DNA of 64,000 nt from Magallana gigas (GCF_963853765.1 NC_088859.1:34286001-34350000), one strand, 5' to 3'. Positions 22,881 to 37,582 are shown, counted from the first letter of the stretch. The notes: a model not told the origin generated them from the letters alone. Numbers and translations: made by a program.

Positions 22881-25800
22881 TCAAGAACACTCTTCTAAAA
22901 AGCTGTCGCAAATTCCAGAATCACAAGAGCTTTGGTCCTCTTCACTTGTTTGTTTGTAGATTGCATTTTCAATTTTGAATTTGTATATTTTCTCGGATTT
23001 CTTTTCAATTTTCTTTGTAGGGATATGACTTTCATGTGTGGTGCATTTGTGTTTGATTGCGTTGGCCAATGACGTAACTTCCGGAGCCTCTGTTTTCTCA
23101 TGCTGGGATTTTTTGCAAACATCGTCGCATGACTCGAAAAGGTCGTTGTCTGACAGCGACCAATTAGAAACATCGAGCTCGGCAGAACTGTCGGGCATGG
23201 ATTCATAGCTACATCTTCTTTTCCATTTCAGCTCTTCAATGGTCTCGTTTAAAACCAGGAGTTGTTTCATGAGGGATAAATCTTGATCCATCAAAGAATT
23301 CTGAAAATATGAAATATTGAAATGAATTATTTATATGAAATAATAAGTACATATAAATAAGCAAACATTTGCTTACATATTTTATTTTTTAATTCTTGTT
23401 TTTTCTTATTGTTATTTTGTGTATTCTCCGTTAGTTCGCTATATTTACACACAACTTAAGTTTGGGTATGGCGTCTTGGATATGGTTTCCGACGACAAGA
23501 TTTATTTATTTTAGCGGTACCACACGCGGCGAGTTTTTACTTTTTTCAAAACGTTAACACAAAAGGACCTGTTCTAATGATCCTGCTCTCAACCTTTCCT
23601 CCACTTGTCATGGGTGATAAGAAAGATAAAAAGCCCGTGTGAAAGCAATCTTACGTCAATTTTGAACTTTCCTCCTTTCTACCTATCGATTTTGTCAAAA
23701 TCCCCCCGTTTTCTTTATCAAATGCTGATTTAATATCTTTTTATCGTTGAAATGTAACCATTTCTATCGTTGCTGGGTTAAGTGTAAAATTCCGGGCTTT
23801 GGGACTTCAATTTGGACAATTTTGACACGACCGGGGATTCGATGAGTAAAATTCCTCTTCAACGAGACAATGCAGTAAACGATAAGATTTAAAGTAGGTT
23901 TAATTTTTTATTGATGAATGTAGGGGAAAAAAAGACGGTCATGGTTCTTGTTGGAATGATGTAAGTCTTAGAGATCTTATTATATAAACTGCATTTATTT
24001 TCATTCCAAAGATTGGATTCGACATTTCCCATTAGCTATTTACTTAAAAGTGACTAAACCCTTATTCAGTTTCGTTAAGGATATCCTACCAATTCTTGTT
24101 CCAAGAGATGGGTTTCGATGTTCTTTGACTTTATGTAAGGATTTTAAAGTCCGCATTGTAATGTGGAAACCACTGCGACGCGAAAAAGCAGCGAATAAAA
24201 TTTGTCTTTTTGTTTCTTATTTAAACATCATTCATCACTATTTTTCCTGCTATATTTAATTCTATCTGAGCAAGAATATAAAGTTACGTGTCCTTTTAAC
24301 CATCATAATAGAAGCAACAATGTGAGCAACCCAACCCTTTACCACAAAGAAATGATTTAGCAAAATTTGAAAAAGATGGTCCGATAAAAATCATTTAAAT
24401 TAATTTAATATTATATAAAGGACTCGACTACGATAAACACACGCGATGCTTTTTCAAAGCGAATTGTTCTCGGTGGGCGGCAATTAACCAAAACATTACT
24501 AATTAAGAAGATATATCAAATCCGAAAAAAACATAATCAGAAATATCAATCTATTCAGCGAGGTGGATCAAGTTCTCAATAAAGCACCACCCATTGTCTG
24601 ACTTCTGTGCGTTAACCATTCGATGCCATCGCCTTTTAGCCACGCCTTGCTTCGATGGCGTCTTCATGGGGACCACAAGAAATTTAACTCCGATATTAAA
24701 TCCCCTCTTTCGATGCTAATTCTGTATTGGACCTTTACTCGAAATTTTATTGCATTCAAATTTGTCAGTGTTAATACAGCGGGTCTTTGTCCGAACTTTT
24801 TTCAACCCAAAAGTCTGCCGCGGCATGTTATTCTGCACTGGTTGCTAGTTTTCAAAACGAATTAATTTTCATTAGTGTTTTGACAACGTTTTAACGTATA
24901 TTTGATTTATGAAAACCTGTATTGATATTCAAATTAATTGAATCTACCGAAGAGAAACTTTGCCCCATATCATTCGTTTTATAAAATCTAAAATAAATAT
25001 ACTTTATTAAAAAGACAAATATTGATCTTCTGTATATTCGATTGTGGTCTTTCACTTTCGTTTACAGATGTAGAAAAATCTTTTGTAAGCTATTTGACTC
25101 TCTAAAAATAGTTCGCTTTTCAAGTACATGGTAAATATTCAACGCATCTATTCTATCTGACTACTTTACCGCATTACGAAATTGAAAGAGTGGTATTTCA
25201 ATGGTTTTACAGTATAAAGTATAATAGGTGGTGTATCATGATGTTGTTAGACCAAATATGTTTTACTTTTATATCTGTTTGTTCAATTTGCAAATTTTCT
25301 ATTTTTAAGTTTCAAAATTGCTATACCAAATGACACACTGTTGGTGAGAGTTTATTCGAGTAGCGTCATAACAACTAAAAAGCAGGATGTTTTGGATGAC
25401 AAGCGTGTTTTGCCCACTTCCATTCTTTTTTCGTCATCATTTAAAGTTTTCTTAAATGCTGTTAAATAGATATTGAATTCTATCCGGTTTCTATCTATTC
25501 ACTATTTTAACAAATGTTGACGTTCGTTAATCTGAAAGATTTCAGCACATTAACCTATAAACGCACAGTTAAAAGGCTGTCCCTATTTTATTCGTTCTAT
25601 TAAAAATAATTAGCAAGACTTAATTGTAACCAAATTAAGCACAAGCAATATCCTTAAGCTATTAAGGCAAGATCTAATCACCAACTTTTCCATCAATACA
25701 ATAAGCATTTATAAGTACAAGTAGTTGGAGTGAGGAAGTTGATCTTAAATTAACCGCTTTTTTCTCTTTAAAAGTGCCTCTATGCTACGTGCAGATTTTC

Positions 25801-27110
25801 ATCCCAATCATCTTCCATTCCGTTTTCAGACCCCCTCCTCTCGCCTTCTGCCAACCCTCTGAACAGAATTTAAATCTTTTTTGACGCTAAACATCCTAAG
25901 CAATTTCTGAAGTAAAAACCTCATCCTATTTGTGTTTTGTAGTCAAGGATACTTGTTCTATTTTCTGCATTCTGTCATTTAAACTAACAGATAAATTCTG
26001 TTTCTGTTTTGACATTCAATGTCTCTAGCTACAATGTAACTAAACATACCAATTATAGAAAGTGATAACGTGACGAAAAGAACCGAAGAGAAACAACAAA
26101 TGGTTGCTTGGTGGAACTCAATATCACGCCAATTAAACAGACTCTACACCTCATAAACCACTTTTATGTCCCCTTTTTTTGCAAGTCAGGTAGCTGGCAC
26201 TGTACAGCAGCGTAAGTGAAGTTTCCCAGGTTGTTCAAATAATTTTTTTTCGGGGAGGAACAAGAAAACAAATAGACTACCCAAAGGCAAACAAGCGTTT
26301 ACGTGTCCCCGTGCAAACAATGACGTATTTATTCGATGTCCGACCATATAAATAGTGTGTTCCAGAAACACGGCTTAACCAAATATTGAACCAAGTTTTA
26401 TCAAAATCTGTCTTACAGATATATAATTATAGGTCACGATTCCAGGCCAAATCGAATAGATGTACCCTGAAGTTAAGCTATGCGTCCTTTATTTAGATTC
26501 TATAAACTTGAAGCATATAATTTGCAAAAAATTTGAATAAATTCTATTTTTGTTGTTAAGGCGTTGACATCATCGACTCTGTCTGGAAATATTGTTTGTT
26601 AACAAATTTCCTAAAGTGCATCTAATATTATTTTTTTTTTAATTCACTAAGAGCGGTATGCAAAACTAACGTAGATAAATATGCATAATTATTTTATATA
26701 TAAAATGTATACATTCGTATATAGTATAACATTCTGATATCATCAGTTTTTCGAGTATTTTTACACGTACAATAATTTTTTTAAGTTTCAATAAAACAAA
26801 ATTTTAAACATTTAAAAGGTAAATACAAATATTCAGTTCTGCAAAATACCCAAAACAAAGATTAAAAAAAAGTAATTCATGGTTAAATAATAAAAAGAAA
26901 TCTCACCATCTCCTCCCTAAGTTTGCCCATGGCTGTATCAATGGATGTGATCCTCCTTCCCCGGGGGGAGGGATTCGTCTGGGTGGACTGTTTCCTGGAC
27001 TCAGCGTCCTCCATTCTCTTCAGGTAAAACTCCCGACATTTGTTGGAGATCTCGATAGATTCGGTGTATCTATCTGTCGTCAATTCCTTTCCGTTATTTA
27101 CTTGTTCCAT
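22881..27110 (-). CDS. Leucine-rich adaptor protein 1-like (LURAP1/LURAP1L family), 207 aa, two coding exons
   Basis: Exons 26907-27110 and 22881-23300 join in phase 0 (ATG|gtgaga ... ttttcag|AAT). The junction reads IDTAMGKLREEMNSLMDQDLSLMKQLLVLNETIEELKWK, matching the LURAP/LRAP coiled-coil motif, followed by an acidic/Ser tail with DSGICDS. Confidence 0.8.
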
Positions 27111-27180
27111 TGTTATTAACTAATTAGTTTCGACTAATTAAGAGTTCGGCTGGAACTCGTGTCTTTGGATTCTAGTGTAT

Positions 27181-27310
27181 AACTGAAGTCTTCTTTGGAA
27201 GCACAGTAATGTAAATATACGACTGTTTGATCGCTACTTGATTGACACCACACGTATGTAAATTCTCCGCCCACTAATCGATTTTAAAAATTGTTCACAC
27301 AGGTGACTCA
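27181..27310 (-). promoter_or_regulatory. Candidate TATA/Inr core promoter of the LURAP1-like gene, with an AP-1 site
   Basis: On the minus strand, TATATTTA (27219-27212) lies ~35 nt upstream of the Inr-like TCAGTT (27186-27181). TGACTCA is at 27304 and a GC box CCGCCC near 27267. The spacing is slightly long. Confidence 0.35.
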
Positions 27311-29741
27311 TTACCTTGTATATGTTATAAGCTTTACGGAAGCTTTTATCTAAAATTCTTCAAAAGGAAAATCATTTACCCACCTACCTAATGTCTTCGT
27401 TCCCACACTAATTAAATCTTAATACCCTGTAATTGTGTTTTCGTTTTTTAAAGCTGGCACTCTACTAATTACCCCCGGGTATATAATGTTTATTTAATAG
27501 GAGGCTCATTTTGTGGTGTTTAAAAGATTAAATATTTGTGAAATAATGAAAAATAACGGAAAGATTAATGAAATGTCATAATAAATCTCGTAATTGCAGA
27601 GCGAAAACTAAAAGACAGTTTGACAGTTTATTTAGTTCCTGGTTCTTATAGAAACCATACGCCTGGTATTGAAATGAAACAAGGCAAGCGATAAAACATG
27701 AAAAGTAAATGTATATGTATTTAAAAAACTCGAATTAAAGACAAAGAATAATTATCCGATTGTTTCCATTAACTTGTGACACACTGTCTTGTCCAACAAG
27801 GGGCAATGAAAATAAACAGCAGATGACAAAGGGAAATTTCATCTCAAGAAATTGTCAGTTATTATGGTTCAATGAGAGAGAAAATAAATTTGGTGGGAGG
27901 GAGGAGACACAATTAGTAAGATTACAAAAATGTCACGCTAAATCGCTTTCGTTTTCTGTCATACCTGGATTTCCCCGTTTGTATTAGCTTTATAAGTTAA
28001 TTTATATACAGCAATGTAAACATATCTGTGGGGGAGGCATATAGGTAGCATGTGATATTTCTATATTTGGCGATGATCGATTCATAATAAACAGATGGGC
28101 GATTTTTATAGTTTGTTTTCATGTAGCGCAAATACCTCTCTTGCTTTTTACAAATTACACGCAAGCAAAAATTAACACGAAAAACCGGTATTGCAGTCTG
28201 TATTCTAGTGTTCACGAGAAATTGACCCACATTTTTTCGGAATTCTTTCTCTATGGGGTGGTGGTTATATAAATAATATCACCTGTATATATTTTGATGC
28301 ACCCGCGCTATAATCATCCATGCCATCGAAAGATATAAATATAAGTTGTATAACTTGTTTATAAATCGTTGTAAAATAAATAATGTTCAATTTTTTTCCG
28401 CATAGGTCATGAACCGGAATACAAAATAATAGTTCATATCCACAGCAGAATAAGTGAATTTTCTGTTTGACTCAGGATTCATTGACTCATATGGACTTTA
28501 ATATATAGAAATACATTTATATCTTTCCGTTTATACAGTATTTCCGAATTTTTCTGACCAAATTTTTAGAAAGTGGGCTGATATTGCGTGAAATTTAATT
28601 GTAATATTGATATCATCCAAAAATCTTTATCAAGAAAGCATTAAAAAATTGTGAGAAAGGGATCAAAACCAAGCAGCAACATGCCCCTTTCAAATACAAG
28701 GCTACATTATTCATATTATATACTATGCATTTGAATGTCAGTAGAAAATATGCACATTTAATATATCAAGACGGTAAGTAACGATATAGTAATATCCATA
28801 CTGTATTATTTATAGGGTAGATCTGACAGACATTCATCTTATGCAATCACAAGAATGAAACTACTGATCTTTTAGTCATTTTTTGACAATTTTACTGATA
28901 TGCCAATGCTAAAAAAAAATCAGTAAAATCAGCATCACAAGGAACTGGTGCAAGTGATTTCCAAACTTCCATTTTTCAAATATAATTACAATGTATATTA
29001 TTAAAGACTAACCAATGATTCTAAATGGTTGTCATTATAATTATGCGGCAATTGCTGATATCTAAGTACAACGTTGAAGAGCCAGAACCTATGGTTAGGT
29101 TTAAACTTATCTTATTGTAATATTATTACTGTACAATGAAATTGAGCAAAAGTTCTATAACTTATGTAGCCCTCCCCCATGAGCTAGAACCTATCTCCTG
29201 TATATACATAGTGCACTGGTCGATTCTATCTAATTTTAGAGAATGATGATGCAAAAAAGATTTCAATTTTGAAATACATAAAATAAGGTCAAAAATTAAT
29301 ATATCCCATATACTAAACTTCTGTAATTTTCAATATATGAAACGGTGTGCTTGATATTCACAGGTTTATTGGTACGGCGCAGTGGGGTGGGGGGTCAGTG
29401 TAAGCGTTACTTGTCTTAATTAATCCATTAATTATCAGTGTTCTGTATCTTATCGTACCGTGTGCGGGAGCGAACCCAGGAAGTCCTACCTACTGACTGT
29501 AGATAATTATCCATTTCAAAGCCGTATAAAACAATTGCAGTTAAACGACGGCAATTGATGCATGGAAACACTTCCATACATAAAATTTAACTCGAGCAAG
29601 CGATAAAAATCCCTCTGCGTCAAATATGACGTATCAAATTTAAGTATAGAAACACTAATTTTAGTTTCTGTTTATTGTATTTCATTATAAGAAGAAACAC
29701 CCCCATAACCCGCTCTAAATCCGTGCATGGACATAAATGAA

Positions 29742-30416
29742 TCAAAGTATCGAAGAACTGACGGGAGTTGATTTTATCGATGTTTATTTATTTAAAATTC
29801 AATGATATGTTATTTTGCATGACAAGTGCAGGTAGTTTCTAATATGTATTTGAATTACGCACACTTTTATAATATGAATTTTCGGACTTTTTCGACACAA
29901 GAATGTTGATAAAACCCCATATGAATCATGTTAAGTAATAGTTAAAGATAGAATTAATTTAATTCAATCAAACTATGTATCAGTGATAGATATATTTCTG
30001 GAAAATTTAGGGATCCAAGCAATATTGAACTCTCGTCTCGTTCAACCAATGCAAACGCTCGGATGTCGCCGTTAATCTCCGACAAGAAGAGAAACTCTCT
30101 GCTTGTCGGAGATTTACGGGGACAGCCGAGCATCGAGTTGAACGAGACTATATTGAACTCTGGCGTAAGAATACATACGACTACAAAAATATCTAAATTG
30201 TTCGTACCATTTAAAATCTGGCTATTTTCAAGGTATTTATAAATAAGTTTCCTTGAAAAAAAAGCTTTAGCGTACATTATTTCGAATTTATCAATTATTT
30301 TCAAGAACTAAGTCTTGTCAGCGGCGATGATTTGTGCTTTGGTCCAAACACTGTTTCACTTTCGGTTTGTCAGAGTAACTGCATAGGAGAGTTGATTAAA
30401 ATCAACTCCCAAAAAA
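29742..30416 (-). mobile_element. Family H1 copy 2
   Basis: Reverse-complement homologue of 3705-4386 with the same subterminal inverted repeats and an internal palindrome at 30034-30149. Confidence 0.8.
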
Positions 30417-31239
30417 GAGACATACATGCATGTTGTTGTAAAGACAAACTCTAGCTCTAAATATAAGCCAGTGCAAAAAGACAATAGCATTTTTTTTGTT
30501 GGGGGGGGGGGGGGGGTGATTACACCAATTTAATGTAACCAGTATTAATGTGGCGCTTTGAATTGATGCACGAAATGGGTCTTCATCCTGTTAACTTCTC
30601 ACATTAAGACTCCACAACTTTTGGAAAAAAAAAACACAGGAATCAGCAATTCAAAAATGTATAGAAATCATAATAACAATAATGTTATAAGGAGTTTTTA
30701 TATATTCTTGATTAAAATACTTATCAAATTAATAAGGGAGTTTACAATGCAAAATCAAGAGGCCTACATGCCTTGACGACCATAGCCATTAGACTGACCT
30801 GTCAGAGTGTGTCATTTTTGCATTTTAAGATACATTTTTGAGTCTAAATCTTGATTTATCTAAAGCCTAGCTTTAGAGGCCAAAATAAATCAGCCAAACA
30901 AATGAATATAGATACAGGCTATACTTCGACAATTTCCAAATCAAGAAAAGAAAGACAACTCTTATTCATATCAGAGTGAAAGACGGCCATTGATCTGATT
31001 ATGATCTCTTTAGTCACGTTATTTTACCTAGTTCCTTCAGTGTAAATCAGACAAGAGCTTTCCATTCTCGTAATAAAAAAAATTGAGCCTCTCAGAAACT
31101 TAACAGACAAAAGATAAAACCATTGTATTCTGAAGCCTGCTTCTTTATTAATACCTGGCTAGTACATATATTGAATGTTGTGTAAGGAACATGCTGCCTT
31201 CACATATTGATGTATGAATGTTATAAGATTTCTCTTCCC

Positions 31240-34178
31240 TCAGCCTGGGTCCTCACATCCTGGTCCAGGAAATAACAATCGCTTCAGATCTCTTCTTCTG
31301 ACGCGCACCCCACAGCCAGGACACTTCTTATCTAGATTCTGAGATCAAAATTGATGGTCATTTATTAGAATATTAACATACAACTTACTAAGAAAGACCA
31401 TGAGAAATTATCATGTCAGTCATATGGACAAGGAATAAACATCCCCTTTACTATGAAAAAAAGACAGCTTTTTAACATGAAATAAAACTTTGAACATTGA
31501 ACTGTATTTTTCTTCATTGCTAAAGACAAACATTTCATATAGAAATTTTACCCCTAACTCTCAATTTCAACATCCTATTTTCACACACTTACATTGAAGA
31601 CTTCTTTCCAACATTTGAAGCAGCATACATGATCACAGGAAGACTGGAATGGCACCTTGGCTTCACTCTCACATTTACAGCAAGTGTAACCTATCCAAAT
31701 TCATAATTTCAACATTAAATTTCCTCCATGAATTAATAGCAACAATCTTTTTTAATCAATATATCTGGAAAAAATGTGATTTTTGATGTATTATGAGCCG
31801 CGACACCTCAACAGCTTTGAAATAACACTAATTTTACGATTTTTCTTTTATAATTCTTTGAGCTATGTGAAGCATGAGTATTTCATATATTGACAACATC
31901 TGACCTGAAGATCTCTCTGAAGAGGAACTGCGTATATCCAGTGGTCCGCTGACGTTCTGTAGACGCTCACTCATCTTTTCCACTGAACAGTTCTGTCCAT
32001 CCTTCTTTGTGATCTCCTCACATCTCTCTGCTTGAGCACTATCACAGTTCACAGAGTTCAGTTTAAGACAAGATAAATCACTGGATGAGAACTTGCTGTT
32101 ACTGACTGATTGGGAAATATTACATGTGGATGTCTTTGGCTGTAAAACACATCCAGTGACGTCCGTTTTCTGCTTTTTCTCTGGCTGCTCTACAAAATGT
32201 AAATAGAACTACAAATAAAAGTTGGTTACTCTAGAAAAAAGGGTCTGCCAGATTAAATCATCAATGATTTCAGAAAATATCAAAAAACAAAGGCACAGGA
32301 AGCGTCCCTAATCAAAGTGCATAAAAAACAAACATTGACAACTGCTTGATGCAGCACAGTATGGCAAACCAGACCAAATTCAATAGCTAGTCATAAAGTG
32401 ATCATATATTCAATAGCTAGTCATAAGGTGATCATATATTATTATCATAAGAATTTGATCTTTAAGCAAAGAATTTTAAATAACCTCTTCCTTTTAAACA
32501 AATGTCATTTTGCACCAATCACTGACAATAAATCAAGTTTTACCGGAGACATTAGAGGCCTCGGATTGGACCCGTTTCTTGGGTACGGAGTCCTCCGGTT
32601 TGTAGCCACACCCCTCTCCTGTCAGCTCCTTACACACCGAGTCAAACTCCTTCTTATCCTTGTGTCGCACAAATCGATAAAACTCTACAAAGGCAAGAAA
32701 CAATGGAATTTACCATAATTAACTAAATTGTGTCAAAACAGATTTACCGGTATATCATACAATACTGTACAGCCAGTTTTGCCTACCCTTTTTAGTCTTC
32801 ATTGATGATACATGTATCTATTATTTTCATCCCACTTTTGCAAAAGTAAAAGTCTTAAGTTTCCAAAACATAAAATTGAAGTTCATGTCATAATTAAAGG
32901 CTTCTGTTCATGGTGATGTTGACAATCACATCATTGAATAAAATTTACTTCACGGAACAAATTGAAGAAATTTACTGCATGGAACAAATGATGAAAATTA
33001 AGAGCATAAATGATTCATGAGAATAAAGAAGCTCAATGACTTGGGGTACGGTCAATGTTTCCAATAATGCGCATTTGTGAAAAAATAAATAGGTAAATAG
33101 ATAAGTAAATTGATAAAATGATAAATACTGTGGAATCATTACATTTCAAGGTGGCTCAATTTTCGAGGAATTCGTAGGTACCTCTCATCCAGAAATTGAC
33201 ATCCTCTATGAATTAATAAATTATGGTTATAAAACCACATCTCCCTTTTTAGCTATAATAGAATACATGAAGATATGTCCTAACGAACAATTAAAATTCA
33301 AGCAATCCACAAAAATTGACCCCCACGAATTTTAATGATTCCACAATACATGTGCATGAGGCAATATAAAAGAAATACATATGTCTTTGATTTGGATCTA
33401 ACTAGTGTGTATTTTAAAATGAATAACAAGTCAAAGAGAGACATACTTCTAAAGAGATGGTAGTCCCGGGGGTTTTCTGTGAACAGTCCGGCCATCACCC
33501 CCACTGCCTGGGACAACTGTCCAGTCTTCTTGTACATACCCAGAGCTTTGGAGAAAGTCACATACGACTCCTTATTCAAACAACTCTTTACCTGCAAACA
33601 CAGATGATCCTTTTACAGAATCTGCAGACCATTTAATGTTTAACAAAATTTAAAAGAGTCATCCAATACACTGAACAATAATCAATGTACTTCCTCATAT
33701 CAGTCATATGCATACGGTAATATGATAAATTGCAATCTATGATTCCCTTTCTATCATTATCATCCTTAGACTCCCATACCTCTAGGATGTAATTCTCCGC
33801 AGACTGTATATGGGAATTTGTCACAGCTGAGCTGACCTCCATCACCGATCCTGATAAATTCTGTCTGTTTACAGAGCAACTCTCTGACTCAGAATCTCTC
33901 TTCTGACAGATGAAATACAACAAAAAATTATTCGCTTTTCAAGATGACTCATCATATCACATAATCAAGTAAAACGCAGACTCTATAACTGATCATCTTG
34001 TTTTTTGTAGAATGCTATATGGATAATGGAGACATGCCTTAATCACAATTTTCTTCTTGCTGGGTATTTTCTTCATCATGGGCTTAGGTTTCTTGAATCC
34101 ATACTATTACAAGAGAAAAATCAATTTTGCAGCTTTATACCAGTAATTCTCTAAAAACATGATAAACGCAATATAGAA

Positions 34179-34233
<55 letters not shown>

Positions 34234-35600
34234 ATTACAACTACATATAGTACAGTAATAACATGTAAATGAGATATAATTTTGATTTATACCTTATCAT
34301 CTGTTTCATCATCCAGATTCCCATCCTTCTGTGAAAAGCCAAAGGAATCATTTTACTACATAATGTTATATACATTTATGAATCATATCATTTCACTATG
34401 AAAAGAAACTCTGCTAAGTGCCGACTGCAGATTTTATAATTACCTCTGATGAACTGAGTGCATCCAGAAGATTTCTTTTGTTAGAACCAACACTAGTTGT
34501 TGAAGGCCCTCCTTCATACTGAATCTTTAGCTTGGCTAAACTTTTTTCTTCATCTAATTAATAAGAATAATCAACTTCTTTAATCAACTATGAACATTAG
34601 AGAATAAAATGATGTACCTGGTGTATGCATTGAAATTGAATTGATATTACCTCATTTTCTAAAATTTGCAAGAAAAAAAAACACCTTGAAATTACTTTTT
34701 TGAAAAGAATCAAATTATCAACTTTCTCAGATTGAATTTTTTTTTACAATGTATTTTTTGTAAAATAGAAGTTCCATAAAAAGACCTCCCTGGCGGGTTT
34801 TCTCCAAACACAAATATGATAATATATGAAGAATCATATCATTTCATTACCTGCGGCTGACTGACAAAGACTTGGTACATGGGCTATCACACTGCCAGCC
34901 TTTGACAGTGAAGGTGCTGGACCGTGTCTGTTGACTGTGGGCATGAAATGGGCACCGTGACAGCCAGTCGTACTGACCGACCCTCCAGCTCTGTACTGTT
35001 TCTTGTCAGGTACGGGCAGCTGTTGTCCAGATAAATATGTGTGAAACGTTCGTTGAACAGCCAACATGCATTTAAAAAAAATAGATCACTAACAAATACA
35101 CATTTATCAAAATAAAACTCACTGTTTGCTCTGCAGTTTTAAAGAAAACAATCATGTCCCTAATCGCACGTCCAAAAACGTCATATTTGTTGACATGAGG
35201 TCGAACCCAAACAGGAAGCTGGCGAAGCGCTGATTCTCCAGCAAATCTATATGGATTTTTTTTTATTTTCAATAAGAATCATGCAAAGAAACCTAAATTT
35301 TACATAGTAATGAATGTCTTTGCATTGCATACCTTTCGTCGCATAATAAAATAGCTCCGTAGTCTTTCCTGTGCCTGATGACCCGCCCCACAGCCTGATT
35401 GACAGCTCTGGATGCCTGCTGCCTGTACCATTCCTGTCCTGAGAGACTCTGAAAATCAAAGTGATGCGTTACAAGACAAGTGCTTCATCAGAAGGCAGGT
35501 CAAAAGTACCTCATTTCCAAAATTAACCCATTGAAATAACAACATACCGACTGTAAAACCAGGTCAAACTTTCATCTTTTAAAGCAGTCAAAAAGAGTAC

Positions 35601-35639
<39 letters not shown>

Positions 35640-37582
35640 GAACAATAGGTATGATAAAATCAGATTAATGGAGTCATAATACAAACTATCTGGACAATGT
35701 ACAATAATACATGTAGATCCTGTATAAATAAAATCCATTTTTCCCCTGGATATTCTTATGTTTATAATCATTAGTCCCTTTTCTAACAGGATGATTTTAT
35801 AGTCATATCATATGTTGAGTATTGCAGTTCTCAAAAAGATCCTTAACAATTGTTTATATATGGGATATAAACGTACATTAAACTCTGAACTTTCTTGTGA
35901 GGCCAAAGAATTGTCCTGGGGCCAAAGTCTTAACAATTATAAAGAATCATCTGGCTGATTAGTTTCTGAGAAGAAGATTTTTAAAGATTTACCATATATA
36001 TTCCTTTGTTAAACTTTGACCCCCCATTGTGGCCCCACCCTACCCCTGGGGATCATGATTTTCACAACTTTGAATTTACACTACCTGAGGACGCTTCCAC
36101 ATAAGTTTCAGCTTACCTGGCTGATTAGTTTCTGAGAAGAAGATTTTTAAAGATTTACTCTATATATTCCTACGTAAAACTTCGACCTTCCATTGTGGCC
36201 CCACCCTACCCTCGGGGGTCATGATTTTCACAACAATGAATCTACACTACCTGAGGATGCTTCCACACAAGTTTCAGCTTTCCTGGCTGATTAGTTTCTG
36301 AGAAGAAGATTTTTAAAGATTTACTTTATATGTTCCTATGTTAAACTTCGACACCCCATTGTGGCCCCACCCTACTCCCGGGGATCATGATTTTCACAAC
36401 TATGAATCTACACTACCTGAGGATGCTTCCACACAAGTTTCAGCTTTCCTGGCTGATTAGTTTCTGAGAAGAAGATTTTTAAAGATTTACTCTATATATT
36501 TATATGTAAAACTTCGACCACCCATTGTGGCCCCACCCTACTCCCGGGGATCATGATTTTCACAACTATGAATCTACACTACCTGATGATGCTTCCACAC
36601 AAGTTTCAGCTTTCCTGGCTGATTAGTTTCTGAGAAGAAAATTTTTAAAGATTTACTCTATATATTCCTATGTTAAACTTCGACACCCCATTGTGGCCCC
36701 ACCCTACCCCCTGGGATCATGATTTTCACACCTTTATCTACACTACCTGATGATGCTTCCACACAAGTTTCAGCTTTCCTGGCTGATTAGTTTCTGAGAA
36801 GATTTTTAAAGATTTACTCTATATATTTATATGTAAAACTTCGACCACCCATTGTGGCCCCACCCTACTCCCGGGGATCATGATTTTCACAACTATGAAT
36901 CTACACTACCTGAGGATGCTTCCACACAAGTTTCAGCTTTCCTGGCTGATTAGTTTCTGAGAAGAAGATTTTTAAAGATTTACTCTATATATTCCTATGT
37001 AAAACTTCGACCAACCAATAAGGCCCCAGCCTACCCTCGGGGGTTATGATTTTCACAACTATGAATCTACACTACCTGAGGATGCTTCCACACAAGTTTC
37101 AGCTTTCCTGGTCTTATGGTTCATGAGAAGGAGATTTTTAAAGATTTACTCTATATATTCTTATGTTAAATTTCGACCCCCAATTGTGGCCCCACCCTAC
37201 CCCCGGGGGACATGATTATCACACCAATGAATCTACACTACCTGAGGATGCTTCCACACAAGTTTCAGCTTTCCTGGTCTTATGGTTCATGAGAAGAAGA
37301 TTTTTAAAGATTTACTCTGTATATTCCTATGTAAAACTTCGACCTTCCATTGTGGCCCCACCCTACCCCCGGGGGTCATGAATTTCACAAATTAGAATCT
37401 ACACTACCTGAGGATGCTTCCACACAAGTTTCAGCTTTCCTGGTCTTATGGTTCATGAGAAGAAGATTTTTGAAAATTTCTCGAAAAATTTTCATAAATT
37501 CCTAATTATCTCCCTTTGCAAAAGGGCGTGATCCTTAATTTTCACAACTTTAAATCCCCTTAGGCTAAGGATGCTTTGTGCG

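Noticed and set aside
29954-30304. 116-aa minus-strand ORF
   Set aside because: It lies inside non-autonomous element H1 copy 2, and the equivalent regions of the other copies carry indels.
32379-32439. 30-bp tandem duplication, and a 15-bp one at 13836-13866
   Set aside because: Ordinary slippage duplications in introns with no functional signal.
37163-37381. 72-aa ORF
   Set aside because: It is a translation of satellite monomers.
35950-37470. Regular repeat array as a CRISPR-like locus
   Set aside because: The monomers are full tandem copies without unique spacers, in a eukaryotic context with no cas genes.
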